Virus record (IMG/VR): IMGVR_UViG_3300048630_000485
Coordinates: 1-55,423 of that record
DNA: 55,423 bases
Origin: a virus
Lineage: Duplodnaviria > Caudoviricetes
Strand: one strand, 5' to 3'
Positions 29,430 to 37,736 of the stretch are shown here, in pieces (the first letter of the stretch is position 1; every line of letters starts with the position of its first letter). The notes beneath the pieces are model-generated. The model had not been told where the DNA came from, searched no databases, and saw only the letters and a program-made list of their open reading frames with translations. Both the position numbers and the translations under genes were made by a program.

Positions 29430-29666
29430 ATGGCGAAACCAGATACAGTTTACCGCGTCCCGGTCGGGGATGAGGTCAAGATCATCACCGCGCAGTCACG
29501 GGCGCAGGCGATCCGCGCTGCGGTCAAGCCGATGCTCGGCGAGGTTCAGCCGCTCTCCGCGATCGAGCTCGCTGCCGAATTGGCGGGCGGCGCGGCAATC
29601 GAGAACGCAGCCACGATCCTGGCCGGTGAGCCGGAAACGCAGGGAGGTGAAAATGAGCAGGAGTGA
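29430..29666 (+). CDS. Hypothetical protein, 78 aa
   Basis: GAAAGGA RBS before ATG 29430. Confidence 0.75.
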   Translation: MAKPDTVYRVPVGDEVKIITAQSRAQAIRAAVKPMLGEVQPLSAIELAAELAGGAAIENAATILAGEPETQGGENEQE

Positions 29667-29856
29667 GGCGATCGTCGTCAATCGTGGCGAGTTAGAGCAG
29701 GCTCTTCGCGAATGGGAGTCCGACGCGGAACGCGAGGATTGGTCAGAGCGGGAGGATGATGAGAGGTTTCGCGACAGTGCCGATTACCTTTTCGACAAGC
29801 TCAAGGCGAACAAGGGCGGCAAGGCGGTAGAACCTCCGCCTTCCGGCGACGACTAG
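29653..29856 (+). CDS. Hypothetical acidic protein, 67 aa
   Basis: GGAGG RBS before ATG 29653. Confidence 0.7.
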   Translation: MSRSEAIVVNRGELEQALREWESDAEREDWSEREDDERFRDSADYLFDKLKANKGGKAVEPPPSGDD

Positions 29857-29882
29857 AGCACCGGTCAAGGCCATCGACTGTA

Positions 29883-30287
29883 ATGCTCTCCCTCCTCCTC
29901 TCCTACGCCCCCGAAGCGACCGATGCGTTCGAGCCCGGCTTTTTCCGCTGGGATCGGCGCGGGCGGGTGCCGGTTCCGGTGCGCGTCTGGTTCGGTCAGC
30001 CCCTCGATCCTATCGACGGCACGCCGCTCGATCGCAGCTGGCGTTGGCAATTCGAATTCAACGGCTTCCCGCTCGAGACTTTCGCGGCCGACACCTGGGC
30101 CGAGCCCGCCGAGCTGCTTTCGCAATTCTGGCCCAAGGCCCGAGACACGCGGATCGAGCGCGGAGAGTATCAATTCCTCGTGGACACGGTGCGACACGAC
30201 CGGGCCCACGACCCCTACAGCCCTTTTTCATCGGCGAGCGGCAAGGTGGACTTGCTCTCCGCCTCCATCCCGACACCAGGAGATTGA
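29883..30287 (+). CDS. Hypothetical protein, 134 aa
   Basis: Trp/Pro-rich globular ORF (PVRVWFGQPLDPIDGTPLDRSWRW) upstream of recombination genes. Confidence 0.75.
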   Translation: MLSLLLSYAPEATDAFEPGFFRWDRRGRVPVPVRVWFGQPLDPIDGTPLDRSWRWQFEFNGFPLETFAADTWAEPAELLSQFWPKARDTRIERGEYQFLVDTVRHDRAHDPYSPFSSASGKVDLLSASIPTPGD

Positions 30288-30290
30288 CCC

Positions 30291-30413
30291 ATGAAATTGA
30301 GTGACCTTGGATGCTTCGCCCTCATTATGTTCGGCATCGTGATGATCCTGCTCGCACTCGGTGCCGCGGCGGGCGTTGCGAAGCTCGGCTTCGATCTGGT
30401 TGCGGGCCTGTGA
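30291..30413 (+). CDS. Small membrane protein, 40 aa
   Basis: AGGAG RBS; MKLSDLGCFALIMFGIVMILLALG... Confidence 0.55.
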   Translation: MKLSDLGCFALIMFGIVMILLALGAAAGVAKLGFDLVAGL

Positions 30414-31099
30414 GCGATCCGACCCTAGGCCACAATTCCGGCCTCTCGCCGGAGGATGCTGCGGCATCGATGACGCGCGCCCTCGCCCCGTGGGAAAAGC
30501 GCCGCGATGAGCTCGTGACCAAGGCCGAGAAGGTCGAGGTCAAGGATCTGCAAGCCGCAGAGGATGCCGTCGATTTCATTCGAATGGCGCGCGCCCTGAC
30601 CAGCAAAGCCGTCGAGCTTAAATCCGAGGTGCAGAAGCCTTACGATGAAGCGCAGGCTGCGGTGCGCAACACTGCGCAACGCTTTATCGACACCATCACC
30701 GGCGCCATCGAAACCGTGCAAGAGCGGCTGGATGATTACCGCGCCGAGCGCGCCGAGGCCGCGAGAAAGGCCCAGGCCGAGCAGGAAGCGGAAGAAGCTC
30801 GGCTACGCGCCGAGAACGCCCCTCCGTCGCTCCCAGCCGCCCCGGAGAGGTCGGACGCCGCAGCGCCGCCCCCGAAGCCGCGCAAGGCCGCGCCGATCCG
30901 CACCAAGCTGGGCGGGCTCGCTACGGAGCAACAGCGGTGGCGCGCGAAAGTGACCGACGTTTCTCTGGTGCCGGCGCACGTCCTCGAGTCCGACACGGTG
31001 AAGGATGCGATCGCGAAGGTGGCAGGCGGAATGATGCAGCACGGGATCGCCGTGCCGGGCGTCGAGAAAGAGCATTACACGACCACAAGCATAAGGTGA
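30410..31099 (+). CDS. Coiled-coil protein of the recombination module
   Basis: GTGA overlap; LGHNS N-terminus, long coiled coil, IAVPGV C-terminus. Confidence 0.7.
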   Translation: MSDPTLGHNSGLSPEDAAASMTRALAPWEKRRDELVTKAEKVEVKDLQAAEDAVDFIRMARALTSKAVELKSEVQKPYDEAQAAVRNTAQRFIDTITGAIETVQERLDDYRAERAEAARKAQAEQEAEEARLRAENAPPSLPAAPERSDAAAPPPKPRKAAPIRTKLGGLATEQQRWRAKVTDVSLVPAHVLESDTVKDAIAKVAGGMMQHGIAVPGVEKEHYTTTSIR

Positions 31100-31107
31100 G
31101 GCACGCC

Positions 31108-33246
31108 ATGACCAGGAATAATTCGCAGAATAATAATCGCAACGCGGTGGCGACGATCCAGCCCGCTCGTATGCAAATGCCGGCGCATCTGGCGGAGGAA
31201 TACGACCTCAATCAGGATAGCTGGCGCGCGCTAGTCGAGGCGGTGTTTCCCAGCGCCGAGACAGTCGGCGCCGTCGCGATGGCACTGGCCTATTGCAAGA
31301 AAAACCACCTCGATATCTTCCAGCGTCCGGTGCACATCGTCCCTATGTGGACCGGGGGCCGCAAGATCGAGACGGTCTGGCCCGGGATCGCGCAGCTGCG
31401 GATCATTGCGCAGCGCCAGCCGGATTTCGGCGGCTACGATGAGTGCGAATTCGGTCCCGACGTAACCGAGACATTCCAGGGCAAGGCCAAGGGATCGGGC
31501 GGCTCGACCTACGACGTTCAAGCCGAAGTGACATACCCGGAATGGGCGCGGTTCACGGTCTACAAAATCATCAACGGCGCACGCATCCCGATGCCCGGGC
31601 CGAAAGTCTGGTGGCGCGAGACGTTCTCCAACAAGGCGACGGCGGCGGGCGAATGCCCGAACGAAATGTGGCACCGGCGGCCTCGCGGTCAGCTCGAGAA
31701 GTGCTTTTCGCCCGACACCGAAATATTGACCGAGCAAGGCTTTCAGCGCTTCGACAGCGTGAGCGCCCCGGTTCTCCAAGTGAGCGAGCGTGGCCTGGAG
31801 TCGACAGCGGCGGAGCCATTCTGCCGAGCATGGTCGGGCGAAATGATCGTTTCCGACGGCCAATCCCTCAATTTTGCTGTCACGCCGAACCACGATATGG
31901 TGACAACAGACGGTAAGGTTGAGGCGGGCGTTATGCTCGATCAGTCGAGCACGATAGCAAAATATCGCATCCCCTTAACGCTATCGGCGACCAAGGCAGA
32001 AAGGTCGGACATTCCCGACACGTCTTTGCAGCTTGTCGCCGCGTTTCTTTGTGACGGCAGTGGACGCGCAGAGCGAAAACAGTTCGTTATTTCCGTTTCT
32101 CGGCCAAGAAAGGTTGCGACACTTGATGCGATGGAGGCGCACGACAATCGGTCTGTCCGAGTTTGCGCTGGTTCTAAGGCGATAGCCAAAAGCGGCAGGA
32201 CTATCGAGACGAAGCGGGACAAGGTGCAGTTCGCATATTCGCGCGATCTTCTTTGCGGATTGGTCAATCACAAAAAGGAGCCGAACTGGTCAGCGCTTCT
32301 TGAATTAAGTCAGCGCCAAGCTCGTGTGATTGTCGACTCCATGGTCGTATTCGACGGAGCAACCGGTGAAACTTATCGGCGTTTCTATACGAGCAATCCA
32401 ACGATCGCAGGAGTCTTCGAGCTTTTGGCGGTGGCGGCTGGCTATAGCGTGAGCCCACGGCGAGCAAGAACGTCGGATATCTCATCCCGACCTAATTTCT
32501 GCATTTCACTGTCTACCAAACGCGCCGCTCCGGTTCTTGCAAAATCCGATAAAGCGGAGGTCGTTCGCCGCGAAGCAGTCAATCCTTCGGGCGCCGTGTG
32601 GTGCGTCACAGTCCCGAGCGGCGTAATTGTCGTGCGACGAAACGGTCTTTCCATGCTGTGTGGGAACTGCGCCGAAGCCGCATCACTGCGCCGCGCTTTC
32701 CCCGACGTGCTTGGCAACGAGTATGCGATGGAGGAAATGGAAAACCGCGACCCTTCAAAGATGGGCATTGAGGTCGAGGGCGAATACACCGAAGTCGACC
32801 AGGGCGACGGCAAGGCGATCACCTCCAAACCGCGACGCAGCGATTATCAGGCTCGCGAGCGGGGCAGCGCAGCCGCGAAACAGGTGAGCGGGCGCGAGGT
32901 GCGCAAGGAGCAGGCGAAAGAGCAGGGGCAGCCCGATCCGCAACCCGAAGAGGTGCACCCGCTCGATACCGACGAAATCCCGAACAAGGAACAGTGGCCG
33001 TTTCACATGCGGCTTCTGCGCGAGCGGCTGGCTACGTTCGTTCACACCGCCCAGGTCGATGAATTGCAGCGCGATGAGCAATTTCGAACCGATTGCGCCC
33101 CGCCGGCAATTCAAGCCGAAATCCTCGAGATATTCGCAAACCGGGCCGCACACCTCGACGCTGGCGCATCACAGGCCGCCGATGGTAAGGATGACCAGCC
33201 AGAGCAAGACAATGGAGGTTCTGACAGTGAAGAAAGCAGTGATTGA
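31108..33246 (+). CDS. bet: Bet/RecT-family ssDNA-annealing recombinase interrupted by an intein
   Basis: YCKKNHLDIFQRPVHIVPM, YPEWA, MWHRRPRGQLEK|...|CAEAASLRRAFP; acidic C-terminus. Confidence 0.88.
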   Translation: MTRNNSQNNNRNAVATIQPARMQMPAHLAEEYDLNQDSWRALVEAVFPSAETVGAVAMALAYCKKNHLDIFQRPVHIVPMWTGGRKIETVWPGIAQLRIIAQRQPDFGGYDECEFGPDVTETFQGKAKGSGGSTYDVQAEVTYPEWARFTVYKIINGARIPMPGPKVWWRETFSNKATAAGECPNEMWHRRPRGQLEKCFSPDTEILTEQGFQRFDSVSAPVLQVSERGLESTAAEPFCRAWSGEMIVSDGQSLNFAVTPNHDMVTTDGKVEAGVMLDQSSTIAKYRIPLTLSATKAERSDIPDTSLQLVAAFLCDGSGRAERKQFVISVSRPRKVATLDAMEAHDNRSVRVCAGSKAIAKSGRTIETKRDKVQFAYSRDLLCGLVNHKKEPNWSALLELSQRQARVIVDSMVVFDGATGETYRRFYTSNPTIAGVFELLAVAAGYSVSPRRARTSDISSRPNFCISLSTKRAAPVLAKSDKAEVVRREAVNPSGAVWCVTVPSGVIVVRRNGLSMLCGNCAEAASLRRAFPDVLGNEYAMEEMENRDPSKMGIEVEGEYTEVDQGDGKAITSKPRRSDYQARERGSAAAKQVSGREVRKEQAKEQGQPDPQPEEVHPLDTDEIPNKEQWPFHMRLLRERLATFVHTAQVDELQRDEQFRTDCAPPAIQAEILEIFANRAAHLDAGASQAADGKDDQPEQDNGGSDSEESSD
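31702..32667 (+). mobile_element. Intein (322 aa) with probable LAGLIDADG-type endonuclease domain
   Basis: Block A CFSPDTEILT, block B VTPNH, AAFLCDGS and SMVVFDG motifs, block F VWCVTVPSG, terminal GN followed by Cys+1. Confidence 0.9.
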
Positions 33247-33487
33247 CGAGCTCCGCGAGAAACGCGGTCTCACGAGAGACGCCGCCGACCAGGCAATTCA
33301 GGACGTGTTCGGCGCGGTGTCCAGCGTTCTCGAGCGCGGCGATACCGTGTCGATCCCGGGTTTCGGGACGTTCAAGCGAGACTTTCGCGACACGCGCGAA
33401 GCTCGCAACCCCCGCACCGGGGAAACCGTGACGGTCCAGGGCCGCCACGTCATCAAATTCCGGGAGCCTCGCCAGCGCGCACGCTGA
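33227..33487 (+). CDS. HU/IHF-family DNA-binding protein, 86 aa
   Basis: GGAGG RBS, GTG start; GFGTF and ARNPRTGE signatures. Confidence 0.92.
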   Translation: MKKAVIDELREKRGLTRDAADQAIQDVFGAVSSVLERGDTVSIPGFGTFKRDFRDTREARNPRTGETVTVQGRHVIKFREPRQRAR

Positions 33488-33519
33488 CCTCTCCCGGCAG
33501 CGAAAGGGCCATCGACGCA

Positions 33520-34089
33520 ATGCCGACAATTCGACCAATCCTATTCAGCGGCGCCATGGTGCGCGCGCTGCTCGACGGGCGGAAAACGCAGACGCGCCGC
33601 CTCGCTACCTCACCCTGCGCCGCGTGGGAGCCTGGTGATCGGCTCTATGTCCGCGAAGCGTGGCGCACCCACAAAGAGCGCGAGGATCTGAAACCGTCTT
33701 GGCTTGAACAAGGCCGGGATCGCATCTGGTTCGAAGCCGATCGCGATAATTGCGACGCCCACGGCAGATTGCGGCCAGGCATCCACATGCCGCGATGGGC
33801 CAGCCGTCTCACCCTGATCCTGCGCGACGTGACGGTTTCGCCCTTGCAATCCATCAGCGATTTTGATGCCGAGGCCGAAGGCGTCGAGAAAATCGGATAT
33901 CCATCAGTGTGGAAGCATTACAGCTGCACCATGCGGGTCTGCGTCTCTCCGCGAGCAAGTTTCGAAACGCTATGGGATAGTCTGCACGGCACCAAGGCCG
34001 GGGAACGATGGGCCGACAATCCCGATGTGGTGGCGCTGACTTTCGAGGTCGCGCCTGGCAACGTCGACCAGCTCGGTGAATTCGAATGA
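33520..34089 (+). CDS. ASCH/PUA-like conserved phage protein, 189 aa
   Basis: PILFSGAMVRALLDGRKTQTRR, GDRLYVRE, IHMPRWASR, NPDV. Confidence 0.8.
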   Translation: MPTIRPILFSGAMVRALLDGRKTQTRRLATSPCAAWEPGDRLYVREAWRTHKEREDLKPSWLEQGRDRIWFEADRDNCDAHGRLRPGIHMPRWASRLTLILRDVTVSPLQSISDFDAEAEGVEKIGYPSVWKHYSCTMRVCVSPRASFETLWDSLHGTKAGERWADNPDVVALTFEVAPGNVDQLGEFE

Positions 34090-34436
34090 GTCCGCGCGAG
34101 GCAAAGCTCTACGAGCTGCTTTACTCCCGGCGCGCCGATCCAGTCAGCCCGACGATATCCGACATTTGCCGCGAGCTTGAGAACAAGTCTCGATCGAGCG
34201 TGTGGGCGCAGCTGCAAATGCTCGAGAAGGCCGGATATATCTCGATCGATCGGCGCGGTGGTGGTCGGCGGAATATCATTCGGCTCACTTCGAAGCGCCC
34301 CCCGGGGTTCGGGCATGTCATGGAAGGTTACATGATCCAGACTCGAAGCGGCGTGCTTCTGGTCAATAGCTTCACGAAGTTGCCGGGCGCGGCTCGCGTG
34401 CCCGTTACCCTTACGATCGAGGAGAAAAGGCCATGA
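34086..34436 (+). CDS. LexA-type winged-helix DNA-binding protein without peptidase domain, 116 aa
   Basis: SPTISDICRELENKSRSSVWAQLQMLEKAGYI. Confidence 0.75.
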   Translation: MSPREAKLYELLYSRRADPVSPTISDICRELENKSRSSVWAQLQMLEKAGYISIDRRGGGRRNIIRLTSKRPPGFGHVMEGYMIQTRSGVLLVNSFTKLPGAARVPVTLTIEEKRP

Positions 34437-35056
34437 ACGATCCCAACTCATACCCGCTGTCCTGGCCGATTGGCCGCCCGCGCACTCCGGCGCACAAGCG
34501 CAAACGCTCTGCATTCTCCCGCGAGAACGCGCACGCGCTGACCCTAGAGCAAGCACGGCGCCAGCTCGAAGATGAGTTTCATCGCCTCGGCGTGCGCTCA
34601 TACATACTTTCGACCAACGTAGAGCTTCGCCGCGACGGCCACCCCTATTCGAACCGTCGCGCTCCCGATGACGTTGGGGTAGCTGTCTATTTCGACCTCA
34701 ATAAGCGCCCGACCGTCCTGGCTTGCGACAAATGGGATCGCATACCGGACAACATTCGGGCGATCGTGAAGCATATCGACGCGCTGCGCGGTCAGGACCG
34801 TTGGGGCGTCGGCACGATCGAGCAGGCATTCGCTGGTTACGCCGCTCTGCCGCCGCCGATCGCGGGCCAGCCGCCGGAGCGGCCTTGGCCCGAGGTGCTG
34901 GGTGTCACCGATACCTATTTGCAGGAGCAGATGACGGTTGGCGACGTGCGCGCAAGGTATCGCGCGCTCGCCCGTGAAATCGGAACGACAGACGAGGCGG
35001 CGCTGCTCGAGCTTAATCTCGCGCGTGATGCCGCGATCGCAGAATTGGAGGGCTGA
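34433..35056 (+). CDS. Phage DnaJ-associated protein with degenerate C-terminal J-domain, 207 aa
   Basis: YPLSWP, DVGVAVYF, ACDKW, RWGV, AFAGYAALP, then WPEVLGV..YRALA. Confidence 0.8.
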   Translation: MNDPNSYPLSWPIGRPRTPAHKRKRSAFSRENAHALTLEQARRQLEDEFHRLGVRSYILSTNVELRRDGHPYSNRRAPDDVGVAVYFDLNKRPTVLACDKWDRIPDNIRAIVKHIDALRGQDRWGVGTIEQAFAGYAALPPPIAGQPPERPWPEVLGVTDTYLQEQMTVGDVRARYRALAREIGTTDEAALLELNLARDAAIAELEG

Positions 35057-35057
35057 C

Positions 35058-35951
35058 ATGGCCGAGAATACCGAAATCGAATGGGCAGATCACACTTTCA
35101 ATCCCTGGGAGGGATGCCAGAAGGTCGGGCCTGGCTGCGATCACTGCTATGCCGAGACGCGCAATGCCCGATACAACGGGGGCGAAACGCCGAATTGGGG
35201 GCCGGGTGCGCCGCGGCGCCGCACCAGCGCAGCGAATTGGGCCAAGCCCGAACGCTGGCAGCGCGATGCAGCTGCGTTCTATGCCGAGCACGGCCGCAAG
35301 CAGCGCGTATTCTGCGCCAGCCTGGCCGACGTGTTCGACAATGCGGTAGATCCGGCGTGGCGCGCGGACCTCTCCGCCCTGATCCGTCGCACTCCTGACC
35401 TCGAATGGCTCCTGCTGACCAAGCGTGCCGGGAATGTGCTGAATATGCTGATTGCGATGTTCCCAAGCGATCCGCCGGATAACGTGCGGTGCGGCTTCAC
35501 GATTGTCACGCAGGACGAATGGAACCGCGATCGCAATAAGATCGCAGCCGTCTCGGTGGCCTGTAAGCTCAAGCCGTTTCTTTCGATGGAGCCGCTGCTC
35601 ATGCCGGTCGACTTAGGGTGCAATAACGGCAAATGGCCCGCCTGGTATCGCTATATCGGCTGGGTCATCGTCGGCGGCGAGAGTGGGCCAAACGCGCGGC
35701 CTATAGATCCGAGCTGGGTTCGAGATATTCGCGATGAGTGCGCGGCAAGCGAGGTGCCGTTTCTCTTCAAGCAGTGGGGCGAATGGATGCCCGAAGAGGA
35801 TATGCACCCGGTGAAGGCCAAAGCCACGTACCAGCGCGACTTGGCGGCTGGTCGCACATATCGGTTTGTTGGAACGCCCATGCGGCGCGTTGGCAAGAAG
35901 GACGCTGGGCGGCTCCTAGATGGCCGCACGCATGACGAGGCTCCGGCGTGA
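35058..35951 (+). CDS. DUF5131 (phage Gp37/Gp68) family protein
   Basis: IEWADHTFNPWEGCQKVGPGCDHCYA, LLTKR, WVIVGGESG, FKQWG. Confidence 0.9.
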   Translation: MAENTEIEWADHTFNPWEGCQKVGPGCDHCYAETRNARYNGGETPNWGPGAPRRRTSAANWAKPERWQRDAAAFYAEHGRKQRVFCASLADVFDNAVDPAWRADLSALIRRTPDLEWLLLTKRAGNVLNMLIAMFPSDPPDNVRCGFTIVTQDEWNRDRNKIAAVSVACKLKPFLSMEPLLMPVDLGCNNGKWPAWYRYIGWVIVGGESGPNARPIDPSWVRDIRDECAASEVPFLFKQWGEWMPEEDMHPVKAKATYQRDLAAGRTYRFVGTPMRRVGKKDAGRLLDGRTHDEAPA

Positions 35952-36127
35952 GCTGCTACGTCTCACCGATCCCGGCGAAGATCGTTCCTGATTACCGCCA
36001 GCGCCGCGAAGGCGTGCCGGTCCTACGCCGATTGCATCACTACCCCCGTCACGGCGGCGGCGTTTCGCTCTGCGAGCCGCGCCTATGCCGCGAATGCCAG
36101 AAGGAAACGAGGTGTCGACATGACTGA
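35948..36127 (+). CDS. Small Cys/His-containing hypothetical protein, 59 aa
   Basis: GTGA overlap, fills the gap to the next gene; below ORF-track cutoff. Confidence 0.45.
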   Translation: MSCYVSPIPAKIVPDYRQRREGVPVLRRLHHYPRHGGGVSLCEPRLCRECQKETRCRHD

Positions 36128-36743
36128 AAAAACATCGAGCAAGGAGCTGGCGTCCCTCGCCGGTCGAATTCTCGCCGCGGGCAATCCGCTCGACAACGTG
36201 CAGGTATCGGCCGCGATCAAGAATGTCCTCGATCCGCTGCACCGCGATTTCGTTTTCGAGCGCATCAGCGCGGTATTCACGCCGTATTTCGAGAACATGA
36301 TGACGCTGGCCGGATCGGTGCTTTCGCAGGCAGACGATGACGACGATGAGGAACCCGCCCCGATCGGCGACGTGCGTGTTCTAAACGGCACGATCAACGA
36401 TGCCGAGGGCGTGCAGCTATATTCGGAATTCTTCGACAGCGCTCTCGTGACATACGGGACCGAAAAGCTCGTGTCGGTGGCTGCGGTGGACCGGATCAAC
36501 GAATTATCAACCAGAGAGGCGGTTCTCTCGCTGCTCAAGGGGCTTTACCCCAACGGGACCGATTGGGGGCGCCTGGCGCTGGTCACGAACGTCTCGAACC
36601 TGACCGACCTCGCGCGGGAGCTGAAAGCCGAGGACATGGTGCGCCAGGACGATGCAACGGTTTTCGCCTCGCTCAAGACGATGGGCGATAAAAGCATCAC
36701 CGCTATCCCGTGGGTCAGCGCATCGGGGAGGAAATCGTCGTGA
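36120..36743 (+). CDS. Hypothetical protein, 207 aa
   Basis: GAGG RBS; operon continuity. Confidence 0.75.
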   Translation: MTEKTSSKELASLAGRILAAGNPLDNVQVSAAIKNVLDPLHRDFVFERISAVFTPYFENMMTLAGSVLSQADDDDDEEPAPIGDVRVLNGTINDAEGVQLYSEFFDSALVTYGTEKLVSVAAVDRINELSTREAVLSLLKGLYPNGTDWGRLALVTNVSNLTDLARELKAEDMVRQDDATVFASLKTMGDKSITAIPWVSASGRKSS

Positions 36744-37156
36744 GAAAAGCCAGACTGCTCAAGGTGCTCCCGGGCGAGCAGCGCGTCGTCACTATCGCGT
36801 CGAGCATCAGCCTGCGCGATATGCGCCGTCTCTGTGGAACTGCGGACATGCTCGCCACGGATTACGGAATGTTCGATGATTATCTGCTCCGCGCGCTCAA
36901 GCCCCGCCGGGATCTGCTCGAGGAGCGCAATCTGCCACGCTTCCGCATCGGCGAATACGCGGCACTTGCCGGCGATACGATCCTGTTCGGCGCCAATCGC
37001 ACCGGCGCGGCGGCGGAATGTCCGCTCACTGCGGCGCAGGTGCTCGAACTGATCGAATATCTGCCCAGCCTGGCGGACCTCGATGCCGATCGGGCCAAGC
37101 TATGGTCCGCAGAGGAAGCGATCGAGATTGCCGGGGAGCTTGATGCCGAAGCGTAA
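36740..37156 (+). CDS. Hypothetical protein
   Basis: GGAGG RBS, GTGA overlap. Confidence 0.7.
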   Translation: MRKARLLKVLPGEQRVVTIASSISLRDMRRLCGTADMLATDYGMFDDYLLRALKPRRDLLEERNLPRFRIGEYAALAGDTILFGANRTGAAAECPLTAAQVLELIEYLPSLADLDADRAKLWSAEEAIEIAGELDAEA

Positions 37157-37478
37157 GCTCGAGCGGTCGAGCTATCCCCGGATCAACTGTTGCATTCCCG
37201 GGTGCCGCCGCGGCACAACGACGTTCGAGCCGGGCACGACAATGATTTGCGGCAAATGCTGGCGGCGCGCACCGAAACGGCTTCGCGATCGCTGGTCGTT
37301 CTGGCGGCGCAAGGCGAAGCTCCTGCGCAAGAAAGAAGATGGGCGGTGGGAGGCGTGCGAGGATCGCGCCTACGTCCAGTTCGAACATATCCGAATGCTT
37401 CTGACCGGCGAGGGGGAGGATGGAGGGACGTTGCCCGCATTGATGGCCGAGGAGCTGCGAAGGATCGGGCTTCCCTGA
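37143..37478 (+). CDS. Putative zinc-finger protein
   Basis: CCIPGC...ICGKCW; GGGAG RBS. Confidence 0.7.
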   Translation: MPKRKLERSSYPRINCCIPGCRRGTTTFEPGTTMICGKCWRRAPKRLRDRWSFWRRKAKLLRKKEDGRWEACEDRAYVQFEHIRMLLTGEGEDGGTLPALMAEELRRIGLP

Positions 37479-37486
37479 TCGGCATA

Positions 37487-37516
37487 CGGGGGCGAGCTAC
37501 CTGACACTCGCCCCCG
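37487..37516. terminator. Hairpin between convergent units (possible terminator)
   Basis: CGGGGGCGAG-N10-CTCGCCCCCG perfect 10-bp stem; no clear T tract. Confidence 0.5.
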
Positions 37517-37736
37517 GCTACATGCAGCTGCGACGGTGGGCCAGGAGTTCTCTGGTCGGCCGCCGCAGTCAGACTATTGCGGAGCAGCCTGCTCGGCGCA
37601 ACCTCGGATCACCAATCGCCGAACAATAGCCAGGCGAGACCGGCATAGAGCGCGACCGCGATCGGGATGCCGATGTAGATCAACGGGCCGGGCCTGCCGC
37701 GCATCAAGCCGCTGTCAGCCGTGTGAGGAGCGCGGA

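Noticed and set aside
30937-31107. ORF-track N-terminal extension of the recombinase (similar over-extensions at 13989, 29201, 34938, 39680, 53092)
   Set aside because: Extensions overlap upstream genes; downstream starts have RBS or stop-start coupling
37517-37736. Possible small gene or RNA in the gap between convergent units
   Set aside because: No convincing RBS, motif or tRNA-like fold recognised
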